A DNA stretch of 64,000 nucleotides from Malacoraja senta (lineage: Eukaryota), in contig CM075995.1 of the NCBI GenBank assembly GCA_038087875.1, positions 4,342,001-4,406,000 on the forward strand, given 5' to 3'. The position numbers were made by a program, and so were the translations under genes. Within the stretch, counting starts at the first letter, position 1, and every line of letters begins with the position of its first letter. The notes beneath the pieces are model-generated. The model was not told the DNA's origin and did not search any database. It worked only from the letters and a program-made list of their open reading frames with translations. This document shows positions 37,343-48,759 of the stretch, piece by piece.

Positions 37343-37876
37343 TAGAAACATAGAAACATAGAAAATAGGTGCAGGAGTAGGCCATTCGGCCCTTCGAGCC
37401 TGCACCGCCATTCAATATGATCATGGCTGATCATCCAACTCAGTATCACGTATCTGCCTTCTCTCCATACCCCCTGATCCCCTTAGCCACAAGGGCCACA
37501 TCTAACTCCCTCTTAAATATAGCCAATGAACTGGCCTCAACTACCCTCTGTGGCAGAGAGTTCCAGAGATTCACCACTCTCTGTGTGAAAAAGTTTTTCC
37601 TCATCTCGGTCTTAAAGGATTTCCCCCTTATCCTTAAGCTGTGACCCCTTGTCCTGGACTTCCCCAACATCGGGAACAATCTTCCTGCATCTAGCCTGTC
37701 CAACCCCATAAGAATTTTGTACGTTTCTATAAGATCCCCTCTCAATCTCCTAAATTCTAGCGAGTATAAGCCAAGTCTATCCAGTCTTTCTTCATATGAA
37801 AGTCCTGACATCCCAGGAATCAGTCTGGTGAACCTTCTCTGCACTCCCTCTATGGCTATAATGTCCTTCCTCAGAT
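37343..37876 (-). mobile_element. Young CR1 3' fragment nested in an older CR1
   Basis: Protein identical to that of 16003-16638 over most of the shared span; (TATGTTTC)n tail. Confidence 0.92.
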
Positions 37877-38059
37877 TATCCACCTGTGACACCGCATTCA
37901 CGGATTTATGCACATGCACTCCGAGATCCCTCTGCTTCACATCACGACCCAGAGCCCTACTCATGAGAAACTACAATGGTTATCCATGTGAGGAGCTGCA
38001 GGAGATGAGCAAGGTCTTCAATGACTATTTCACCTCTTTTACTGCGGAGAAAGACATGA

Positions 38060-38685
38060 AGCAAGCAAGCAGGTTGCACATATATAGCACATTTCAGCAA
38101 CAAGGCAACTCAAAGTGCTTTACACAGAGCATTAAAGAGCAATCAAAAGCAAATAAAAACAGCCATTAAAAAGAATAGAAAATAAAAATAAACTAAAATA
38201 GAATAAGACAAGTATAAAATACGGGAATACAAGTTACAGTGCAGTGTAAGAAATGAATAATTATTTAATTTAATTAAAGGCAGCCTCAAACAGAAAAGTC
38301 TTCAGCCCCAATTTAAAAGAACTGAGAGTTGAAACGGACCTGCATTTTTCTGGAAGTTTGTTCCATGTATGTGGTGCATAAAAACTAAACGCTGCTTCTC
38401 CATGTTTAGGTCTGACTCTGGGGACAGAAAGCAGACCTGTCCCAGACGACCTCAAAGGTCTGGATGGTTCATAATGTAGCAGAATATCAGAAATGTATTT
38501 TGGCCCTAGACCATTCAGTGTTTTATAAACCAACAGTAATACTTTGAAATCAATTCTTTGACAGACTGGAAGCCAGTGTAAAGACCTCGAAACTGGAGTG
38601 ATGTGATCCACTTTCTTGGTCTTAGAGAGGACTCGAGCAGCAGCGTTCTGAATCAGCTGCAGCTGTCTAATCGAATTTTTTATGA
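38060..38685 (-). mobile_element. L2-clade LINE 3' fragment inserted in a CR1
   Basis: ORF 38270-38728 LQLIQNAAARVL...HITPVSRSLHWLPV..RIDFKVLLL, the L2 C-terminal signature; flanked by repeated ATGAAGCAA. Confidence 0.85.
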
Positions 38686-40180
38686 AGATGAAGCAACTTG
38701 GGACAGGCAATGGAGATGTTGTGAGCACAGTCAGTATTGTAATCGAGGAGGTGTATGAAGGTAGATAAATCTCCTGGGCCTGAGCAGATGTATCCGAGGA
38801 TACTGTGGGAAGTTAGTGAAGAAATTGTAGCAGCTCCAACTGAGATACATGCTGTTAGAATTGGGTGAGGTGCCTGACTGGAGGATGGCTAATGTTTCGT
38901 CTAAGTTTAAGAAGGGCTACAATGAAACGACTGGGAACTATAGACGGGTGAGTTTAATATCTGTGGTCAGTAAGTTATTGGAAATGATTCTTAGAGATAA
39001 GGTGTCTCTGCATTTGGATAGACAGGGGCTGATCAGGGTTAGTCAACATGGTTTTGTGTGTGGGAGATCGTGTCTCACAAATTTGATTGGTTTTTTTGAA
39101 GAAGTAACCAAGAAGCTTGACGAGGGCAAAGCAGTAGATGTTGTCTATACGGACTTCAACAAGGCCTTTGATAAGGTTCTGCATGTAGGCTGCTCAGGAA
39201 GGTTTGGTAGCAAAAATAGGAAGGAAGATTATTATCTAAATGGTGTCAAGTTGGGAAAGGAGGAAGTACAACGGGATCTGGGGGGTCCTTGTTCATCAGT
39301 CAATGAAAGTGAGCATGCAGGTACAGCAGGCAGTGAAGAAAGCGAATGGCATGTTGGCCTTCAAAACAAGAGGAGTTGAGTATAGGAGCAAAGAGGTCCT
39401 TCTGCAGTTGTACAGGGCCCTAGTGAGACCACACCTGGAGTATTGTGTGCAGTTTTGGTCTCCAAATTTGAGGAAGGACATTCTTGCTATTGAGGGAGTA
39501 CAGCGTAGGTTCACAAAGTTAAATCCAGGGATGGCGGGATTGTCATATGCTGAGAGAATGGAGCAGCTGGGCTTGTATACTCTGGAATTTAGAAGGATGA
39601 GAGGGATTCTCATTGAAACATATAAGATTATTAAGGGTTTGGACATGCTAGAGGCAGGAAACATGTTCCCGATGTTGGGGGAGTTCAGAACCAGGGGCCA
39701 AAGTTTAAGAATAAGGGGAAAGCCATTTAGGATGGAGATGAGGAACCACTTTTTCCCACAGAGAGTTGTGAGTCTGTGGAATTCTCTGTCTCAGAGGGCA
39801 GTGGAGGCTGGTTCTCTGGATACTTTCAAGAGAGAGTTAGATAGGGCTCTTTAAGACAGCGGAGTCAGGGGATTTGGGGAGAAGGCAGGAACGGGGTACT
39901 GATTGTGAATGTACATAAAAATGCTGGAGAAACTCAGCGGGTGCAGCAGCATCTATGGAGCGAAGGAAATGGGCAACGTTTCGGGCCGAAACCCTTCATC
40001 TGAAGATGCCGCTGCACCCGCTGAGTTTCTCCAGTATTTTTGTGTACCTTTGATTTTCCAGCATCTGCAGTTCCTTCTTAAATACTGATTGTGAATGATC
40101 AGCCATGATCACAGTGAATGGCAGTGCTGGCTTGAGGGACCGAATGGCCTACTCCTGCACCTATTGTCTATTGTCTATTA
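38686..40180 (+). mobile_element. Composite CR1 ORF2 fragments with 3' end
   Basis: ORFs 38849-39379 (NYRRVSLISVVSK, QHGF, DFNKAFDKV) and 39240-39854; the 3'UTR is interrupted by a pLTR fold-back. Confidence 0.85.
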
Positions 40181-42391
40181 TCACATGGCATACAGGGAGA
40201 GCCAGCTGCCTGGAAATAGAAGATAGACACAAAATGCTGGATACAGGCAGATACAGAGGGTACAGGCAGCATCTCTGGAGAAAAGGAATGGGTGACGTAT
40301 CGGGTCAAGACTGAAGAAGGGTCTCGAGCCAAAACGTCACCCATTCCTTTTCTCCAGAGATGCTGCCCGTCCTGCTGAGTTACTCCAGCATTTTGTGTCT
40401 ATCTTCGATTTAAACCAGCATCTGCAGTTCCTTCCTGCACATTTTGCCTGGATATAGAATTGGCTTCATGGAAGGAAGCAGAGGGTGGTGATGGCAGTTT
40501 TTTTTTCAGACTGGACTAGTGACTAGTGGTTGTCTGCTACCTAAGACAGTCTCCTTCTCTATTTCCCATTCGACAAAGGGCTCTAACAGATTCTCTCTCC
40601 GCAGATGCTGCCTGAACTGTCAAGTGCTTCCAGCCCTTTCTGTTTTTATTTCAGATTTCTAGCATCTGCCATATTTATTTCACTTAGTAGTGATGAATTA
40701 CTACAAACATGACAGAGTAAGGGCAAAATGTTAATATTGAGGTAAATGAAATCCGTCACAAATCCTATGACCGCAATTGCAATGAAGACCATGTCAAATC
40801 TGATGAGGAAGTGGCTTAAAATATGATGCTGCCAAAGCAAAAAGCATGGTTACAACATTTATTCTAGTTAACTTTTGACACAACGGCCCAGAGGTGGGAT
40901 GCCAGCTAAATCTTCCCAATAGAAAAGGAATCACAAAGTAGATCTTGTCATAGAGTCATACAGCATGGAAGAATTATCTTTAGTCAGAGGGTAATTAATC
41001 TGTGGAACTCATTGCCACAGAGGCCAAGTCAGTGGATATTTTAAAGACAGAGATAGACAAATTCTTGATTAGAACAGGTGTCAAAGGTTATGGGGAGAAG
41101 GCAGGAAAACGGGATTCAGAGGCAGGGATCAGCCAGGATTGAATGAATGGCGGAGTAGACTCGTTGGGCCAAATGGCCTAATTCTACGCCTATATCTTGT
41201 GAACATGTGAAGAAGCCTCTTTGTAGTCTTTCCTTTGCCTGATTTCAAAAGATAAAGTGATGATGTACAGGAGATTCTTTGTTATAATTGAAAGCATATC
41301 AAACAGCAAATACACCTTTTATATTAAAAGCAGTGGACCCAAGGAAATCTGTTAAAACCTATCTTGTAGCCATCTAATAATACATCCAAAGTAGACATAA
41401 AATGTTGGAGTAACTCAACGGGACAGGCAGTATCTCTGGAGAGAAGGAATGGGTGATGTTTCGGGTCGAGACCCTTCTTCAGACTAATCAGGGAAAATGG
41501 AAATGAAAGATATAGAGGTTTGGCAGAGAGCAATAAAATTTAAAAAGCTTACATCTTCTGAGCTACAAGTAGAGGTTGAAAATACAAAGTATTTCAACAT
41601 CTTATTCATCTCAGCGATGTCCCCAAGACACAAACAATGGGCCAAACTCTTTCTACAAGTGACATCCACCTGGCCCAACATTTCAGTTGTCCCTATTCAT
41701 TAGTCCACAGAGACTACTTTTTGGTGTAGGAAGGAACTATAGACTCAAAAAGCTTCTTCTGAAGAAGGGTCTCTACCCAAAACGTCACCTATTCCTTTCC
41801 TCCAGAGATGCTGCCTGACCCAGATGCTGAATGACTCCAGCTTCTTGTGTCTATCAAGAACCGTAGATGCTTGGTTACACTGAAGATAGACACAAAATGC
41901 TGGAGTAACTCAGCGGGTCAGGCAGCATCTCCTGGTCGAGACCCTTCTTCACCTTTTTGGGTGCGTTTTGTTTAAACCTCCTTGTGCTTATTTAGATTTA
42001 ACACATTTTGCTCAAACATTTGATAACAATACAAACTGAAAATGCAAGGACACCAGGGATCTTAGTGAGCTATGGAACAGAGAGATTATCTCCTTGACAA
42101 ATTGGATGAAGGGATTGAGAAGTAAACCTAGAATGGATTGAGAAGCAAGGCGTATTAAAGTGGATGTGTTGAATGACAAAGAGATGGAAACAGTATTTGA
42201 TAAAGACAAAGAGGAAAAGATTTTAGAGGGAATATAATTTGTAACATCTGAAAAAAAAAAAAAATTGCAACCCTAAGGAATGCTTAACATTTTATTCAAT
42301 CTCTGGACTAGAAAGGTTGATGAGCAGCCGTGAGGAGTAATCATGAGATTCAATGTTAAGTACTTTCCCTGGTGAGTCAAGTGGTAACTAA

Positions 42392-42587
42392 TGGGCCTGT
42401 CCCACGACTGCCAGAGACTAGTTTTAATGGAATTCACCTACGACATCTGGCGACAACATACGACAGCATCTACGACAACCTATGACAACCTACGACTGCA
42501 AAAATTGTCGGCACTCGCCGAAATTTTTTCAACATGTTGAAAATTTTGCGGCAGTGGCCCAAAAAATCGCCTGTGGGACAGGCTCTT
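42392..42587. mobile_element. PIF/Harbinger-like MITE (deleted copy)
   Basis: Ends GGGCCTGTCCCAC ... GTGGGACAGGCTC; internal CTACGACA-type repeats shared with 58623-59055. Confidence 0.65.
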
Positions 42588-44713
42588 ATCCACCAAATCT
42601 AGCAAATTGCTGGAAATTAAGGAGGAGTGAAAATCCTTCTTCATAAAGCTAACAGCAAAGCAAACAACTAAACCAGCATCTTGCAGAGATTCACGATTTG
42701 CGACATTTTTAATCCCATCCCCTCCCTGCCTCTCCTAAATTTACAGCCTAATTTGTAAGTTGATAATGATAATGCACGGTGGCGCAGCAGTAGAGTTGCT
42801 GCCTTACAGTGCCAGAGACCCGGGTTCGATCCTGGCTACAGGTGCTTGTCAGTACGGAGTTCATACATTCTCCCCGTGACCTGCGTGGGTTTTAATCCGA
42901 GAACTTTGGTTTCCTCCCACAGTCGAAAGACCTACAGGTTTGTAGGTTAATTGGCATGGTATAGATGTAAAGATTGTCCCTAGTGTAGGATCGTGTTAAT
43001 ATACGGTGCGGACTCGACAGGCTGAAGGGCATGTTTCCACATTGTGTCTCAATACTAAAAACAAATTCATTCTTTTCAGGAAAGTCTATCCCTAATCTCC
43101 TGACTTGTTTCACCTCCCAGAAGTTGAAGAGCAATCCATTCAGCTGGGTTCATGTTCATAAGTGATAGGAGCAGAATTGGGCCATTCGGCCCATCGAATC
43201 CATTCAATCATGGCTGATCTATCTCTCCCCCCTAACCCATTCTCCTTCTCTAACCTCTGACACATCTGCATGTTGTAATCAATATCCAATATCCAATTTC
43301 CTCTCCTGATCGACTTGGCTTCCACCACCCTTTCGGGACGAGGGCTCCTAGCATTTCCTCATATCCGCCTTTTACCCTTCACTTAAAACCCTTCAACTAT
43401 CTGGGCTAACGGAAACAGATTTAACATAGTGCACAGAATATAGGAACAGGCCCCTCGCTCCGTGATGTCTGTGATGACGTTGCCAAATTAAACTAAACCC
43501 CATCTGCCTGCACGTTATCGATATCTCTCCACACACTCCTTGTTCATGTGTGTCGGAAGGAACTGCAGATGCTGGGTTAAACCGAAGATAGATACAAAAT
43601 GCTGGAGTAACTCAGCAGGACAGACAGCATCTCTGGTGAGAAGGAATGGGTGACGTTTTGGGTTTTCCTTCTATCCAGAGATGCTGCCTGCCCCGCTGAG
43701 TTACTCCAGCATTTTGTGTCTATCTTCGGTGTAAACCAGTATCTGCAGTTCCTTCCTGCACATCGTCACCATGGCTCCTTTGATAATATCTGAGAAAACC
43801 AAACATTCTACCACCTAGAAAGACATAGCCAACCAATTCTTGTGTGTCCTACCACCCTTCAATTCACACATCATCCAGACTTGGCAATACATAGCCAGTC
43901 CTCTAAGGTTACCAGCTCATACTGGAACAACCCATCCAATGACACTGTGGAAGCTCCTTGTGAATAGTGCTGCATGGGGCTTAAGAGTGGAACTCTGTAT
44001 CATCTTCTCAAGGACAATCAGTGTGGCTTGGGCAGCATGCAACCCGGCGGTGTGAGTATCGATTTATTTTAACTTTAGGTAACCCTTGCATTCCCTCTCT
44101 CTCCATCCCTCCCCCACCCATGTTGTCCATCTAGTTTCACTGTCATCTTGCTTAGTTTCACTCGTTAGTTTTCACCTTCCCCAGAGCCAACAATGGACCA
44201 TTGTGGGCTCCACCTATCCTTGATCATCGTTGCTGGCCTTGATTTGTCCTTTTGCATACCTTTCACTCAATTGTTCTTTGTATCTCTTCATAACTTTAGT
44301 TTCCCTCTCCCCTGCCTCTCAATCTGAAGAAGGGTCTCGACCCGAAGATCCACTTATTCCTTTTCTCCAGAGATGCCGCCTGACCCGCTGAGTTACCCCA
44401 GCCTTTTGTGTGTACCTTCGATGTAAACCAGCATCTGCAGTTCCTTCCTACACGTTCATTATGTGTCCATCTCCCATGAAAATAAAGCAGAACTAGAATC
44501 CCTATGGCAACATAATTCCCAACTCTTGTTGCTGTTCATCACAAATCGTGAAAACTAGAGCCAACAAGTCAACTGCCAATCTTGACCGATCGCCCTTGTG
44601 CACATCCTGAGTACCTTTGTCTGTCGAACTAAGCGGGGCATTCTGAGGCTGCTCCCTTGCAGTTAAGTGGCTGTAAAAGGACAGAACGGTCACCTATTCA
44701 TTTTCTCCAGAGA

Positions 44714-45288
44714 TAGACAATAGACAATAGACGACAATAGACAATAGACAATAGACAATAGACAATAGACAATAGACAATAGGTGCAGGAGTAGGCCATT
44801 TGATTGATTCAATGTGATCATGGCTGATCATCCACAATCAGTACCCCATTCCTGCCTTCTCCCCATATCCCCTGACTCCGCTATTTTTAAGAGCCTTATC
44901 TAGCTCTCTCTTGAAAGCATCCAGAGAACCTGCCTCCACCGCCCTCTGAGGCAGAGAATTCCACAGACTCACCACTCTCTGTGAGAAAAAGTGTTTCCTC
45001 GTCTCCGTTCAAAATGGCTTACTCCTTATTCTTAAACTGTGGTCCCTGGCTCTGGACTCCCCCAACATCGGGAACATGTTTCCTGCCTCTAGCGTGTCCA
45101 AACCCTTAACAATCTTATATGTTTCAATGAGATCCCCTCTCATCCTTCTAAACTCCAGAGTGTACAAGCCCAGCTGCTCCATTCTCTCAGCATATGACAG
45201 TCCCGCCTTCCCGGGAATTAACCTTGTAAACCTGCGCTGCACTCCCTCAATAGCAAGAATGTCCTTCCTCAAATTAGGGGACCAAATT
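44714..45288 (-). mobile_element. CR1 3' fragment with expanded (CTATTGT)n tail
   Basis: ORF 45009-45272; about 9 ACAATAG units at 44714-44782. Confidence 0.88.
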
Positions 45289-45314
45289 AGGATGCTGCCT
45301 GACTCGCTGAATTA

Positions 45315-45670
45315 AGCCCCTGTCCCACTGTACGAGGCAATTCACGAGTTCTCACGAGTTTTCCCCTGATTCGAACACGGAGAATGTCCGTAGTGGGTCC
45401 ATAGGAGTTCGTGGATGTCTCGTAGCGGCTCGTAATGCTAACGGTAGGTACTCGGGACATCCGGTAAACCCGTGACGTTTTTTCATCCATGTAAAAAATG
45501 TCCACGAGTAAAAAATACTCGTGATGAAAAAAATTGTTACTTTTTACTCGTTTGAGCCGCTAGGAGACATCCACGAACTCCTACGGACCCGCAACGGACA
45601 TTCCCCAAGTTCGAATCAGGGGAAAACTCGGGAGAACTCATGAGTTACCTCGTACAGTGGGACAGGGGCT
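45315..45670. mobile_element. Palindromic PIF/Harbinger-like MITE (356 bp)
   Basis: Long TIRs AGCCCCTGTCCCACTGTACGAGG...; TTA TSD on both sides. It cleanly splits the pLTR motif GCTGA(A/G)TTACTCCAGC. Confidence 0.85.
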
Positions 45671-46729
45671 TTACTCCAGCATTTTGTTTCTATCTTGAAT
45701 AGTTCAGCAGTAGAGTTGCTGCCTTACAGCGCCAGAGACCCGGGTCCAACCCTGACTACGGGTACCGAGGTTGCACGTTCTCTCTGCGACCGCGTGGGTT
45801 TCCTCCGGTTGATCCGGTTTTCTCACACAATTTCAGTTTACTCCCAAAAAGTGCAAATTTGTAGGTTAATTGGCTTCTGTAAATTGTCCCTGGTCTGTAG
45901 GATAGAGCTGGTGTGAATGAATGGGTGATCGGCATGGACTCAGTTGGCCCAAGGACCTGTTTCCACACTGTATCTCTAAACTAAACTAAACTAAAGCTCC
46001 AGGATCAGATGGTGTTGTCAGCAATCTGGCTTAGCTGGCAGGCAGTGGGATCATGAGTGCTGGCCTCTCCCTTCAGCAATCCGAGTAACCCTAGAAGGGT
46101 CCCGACCCAAAATGTCACCTCTTCATATTGACCAGGGATGCTGTCTGACACACTGTTCCTCCATCACTTTCTGCCTTTTATCTCCAGTTGAAAAGTCTTG
46201 CAGATTAGCTGTGGGAGGATGTGGCCAAAGACATCATTACCTGAATGGAGCCACTAAGGATATTGGTGCAATGCTGAGACATATAAAATTGGTGCAATGC
46301 TGAGGCATATATAATTCTTAACGGATTGGACAGGCTAGATGCAGGAAAATGTTTACCGATGTTGGGGGAGTCCAGAACCAAGGGTCACAATTTAAGAATA
46401 AGTGGTAGGCCATTTAGGACAGAGGAACATTTTTTTTCAACCAAAGTGTGGTGTGAATCTTGTGGAATTATCTGCCACAGAAGGCAGTGGAGGCCAATTC
46501 ACTGGATATTTTCAAGAGAGAGTTAGATTTAGCTCATAAAAAGCAGGAACGGGGCACTGATTTTAGATGATCAGCCATGATCATATTGAATGGCGGTGCT
46601 GGCTCGAAAGGCCGAGTGACCTACTCCTGCACCTATGTTTCTATGTTTCTAAGTTTCTAAAAGCTTATTAAAGTCCCAAACATGGTCAAAGACAGCTCTA
46701 GTTGGGTTCAGCTGATATAAGCAGGCTCT

Positions 46730-47335
46730 GAAACTGCACCTATTTATCGACTATAGCTCCACCTTCAACACCATAATCCCATCCAAAGTCATCTCCACAC
46801 TTCTGGATCTAGGAATCAGCTCCCTTCCCTGCCATGAATCCTCGACTTTCTGTCCCACAGACCACAATTAATGAGGATGAGTGATAACACCTCCTCCACA
46901 ATATTTCTCAATGCCGGTGAGCTTAAATGGATGCGTTCTCAGTCCCTTACTATACTCCCTTTGCACTCGCGTCTGTGCAGCCAAATATGGCTCCAACTCC
47001 ATCTACAAGTGTGCAGATGACACCACTGTTGTGGACCAGATCACGAACATTGATGAGACAGACCACAGGAAGGAGAGAGGGTAACATAGTGTCAGCACAA
47101 CAACCTCTCCCTCAATGTTGACAAGATGAAAGAGCTAGTTATTGACTTCAGGAAGCATGAAGTGGAGTAGATGCCCCAATTAGCATCAACCGTGCAGAAG
47201 TGGAAATGGTTGAAAGCTTCTAGTTCCTTGGAGTAAATGTTACAATGATATGTCGTGGATTGGGCTACATCCACAGATTGAAGCAGCTGCCAAGAAGGCA
47301 CAATGCCTCTACTTCCTGAGGAGAATGAGGAAATG
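46730..47335 (+). mobile_element. Degenerate Rex1/Babar-like RT fragment
   Basis: GCVLSPLLYSL...IYKCADDTTVV motifs in ORF 46881-47084. Confidence 0.75.
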
Positions 47336-47342
47336 TGAAATG

Positions 47343-47726
47343 AAACAGGAAAGTAGACTATTATCTGAATGGTGGCCGATTAGGAAAAGGGGAGATGCAA
47401 CGAGACCTGGGTGTCATGGTACACCAGTCATTGAAAGTAGGCATGCAGGTGCAGCAGGCAATGAAGAAAGCGAATGGTATGTTAGCATTCATAGCAAAAA
47501 GATTTGAGTATAAGAGCAGGGAGGTTCTACTGCAGTTGTACAGGGTCTTGGTGAGACCACACCTGGAGTATTGCGTACAGTTTTGGTCTCCTAACCTGAG
47601 GAAAGACATTCTTGCCATAGAGGGAGTACAGAGAAGGTTCACCAGACTGATTCCTGGGATGGCAGGACTTTCATATGAAGAAAGACTGGATAGACTCGGC
47701 TTGTACTCGCTAAAATTTAGAAGATT
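47343..47726 (+). mobile_element. Young CR1 fragment running into the assembly gap
   Basis: ORF from 47395 is almost identical to the other young CR1 copies. Confidence 0.9.
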
Positions 47727-47926
47727 NNNNNNNNNNNNNNNNNNNNNNNNNNNNNNNNNNNNNNNNNNNNNNNNNNNNNNNNNNNNNNNNNNNNNNNNNN
47801 NNNNNNNNNNNNNNNNNNNNNNNNNNNNNNNNNNNNNNNNNNNNNNNNNNNNNNNNNNNNNNNNNNNNNNNNNNNNNNNNNNNNNNNNNNNNNNNNNNNN
47901 NNNNNNNNNNNNNNNNNNNNNNNNNN
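47727..47926. other. Assembly gap (200 N)
   Basis: Run of N; contiguity across it is unverified. Confidence 1.
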
Positions 47927-48759
47927 TCACATCACCTATCAGCACGGGATCATTTTCACATTGTTACCTATAGATTCCAGCTGTCCTTTTCCATGAGAAC
48001 AAGTGAGGCCAACTCAGGGCTCCCATGGATTTTGAAGAAACAGCAGCAAAGAGAAGCAGGAAAAAGCAGTGATTGGCTCTAGCCCGAGTGGGAGGAGAGT
48101 TAGAAGTGAGTCAGAGGGGGAAACAATTTAAAACTGAGGAATTTGGTTTGTAAATTGTTAAATTGGTAAATTAGGCAATTTATCAGTCAATAAGCAAGAC
48201 GGCTCTTAGGGAGCGGCAGTGAGGGAAGTGCCTTGTGAGGGAAGTGCCAGACTTTGGCTCGAGAGTCTTCGGCGAGGAGGCTGAGGGGAGGAGGCTATGC
48301 ATAAAGCTCGAGAGGATGGAACACGGTGAACACATGTCGGGGCAGATGAGACAGTGTGAGGCTTGCAGAATGTGGGAGCCCAGGGACACGGATGGAGCCT
48401 CTGGCTGCTACAACTGTGGCAAATGCATCCAGCTTCAGCTCCTAAAGGACCGTGTTGGGTCACTGGAGAAGCAGCTGGATGACCTCAGGGCCAACCGGGA
48501 AAACGAGTTTCCTGGACAGGAGTTACAGTGAGGTTCTCACGCCGAGGATACGGGAAGAACGAAGGTGTGTGACGGAGAGAAAGGGTGGAAATCGTGGAGT
48601 GCAGAAGACCCAGGTGGCTGTGCCTAATGAAAACAGGTACAGGAAAACGTCTCTTGGGAACTGTCCGGGGAGACGATGTTTCCAGTCCGAGCGGCGGACA
48701 CGTCTGTAGCTCCAATCCTAGAGATGGGACTCGACTGGCGAGACCGACGTCGGGCAGAG

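Noticed and set aside
42012..42262. Minus-strand poly-T/CAG acceptor followed by an open frame
   Set aside because: No donor in phase with DCDC2 and no recognisable peptide; likely chance.
44615..44670. Candidate minus-strand exon (ttttacAG...AAG|GTAC) as the missing DCDC2 upstream exon
   Set aside because: It is 56 bp with the wrong phase and has no similarity to the expected YLDIGE-like peptide.
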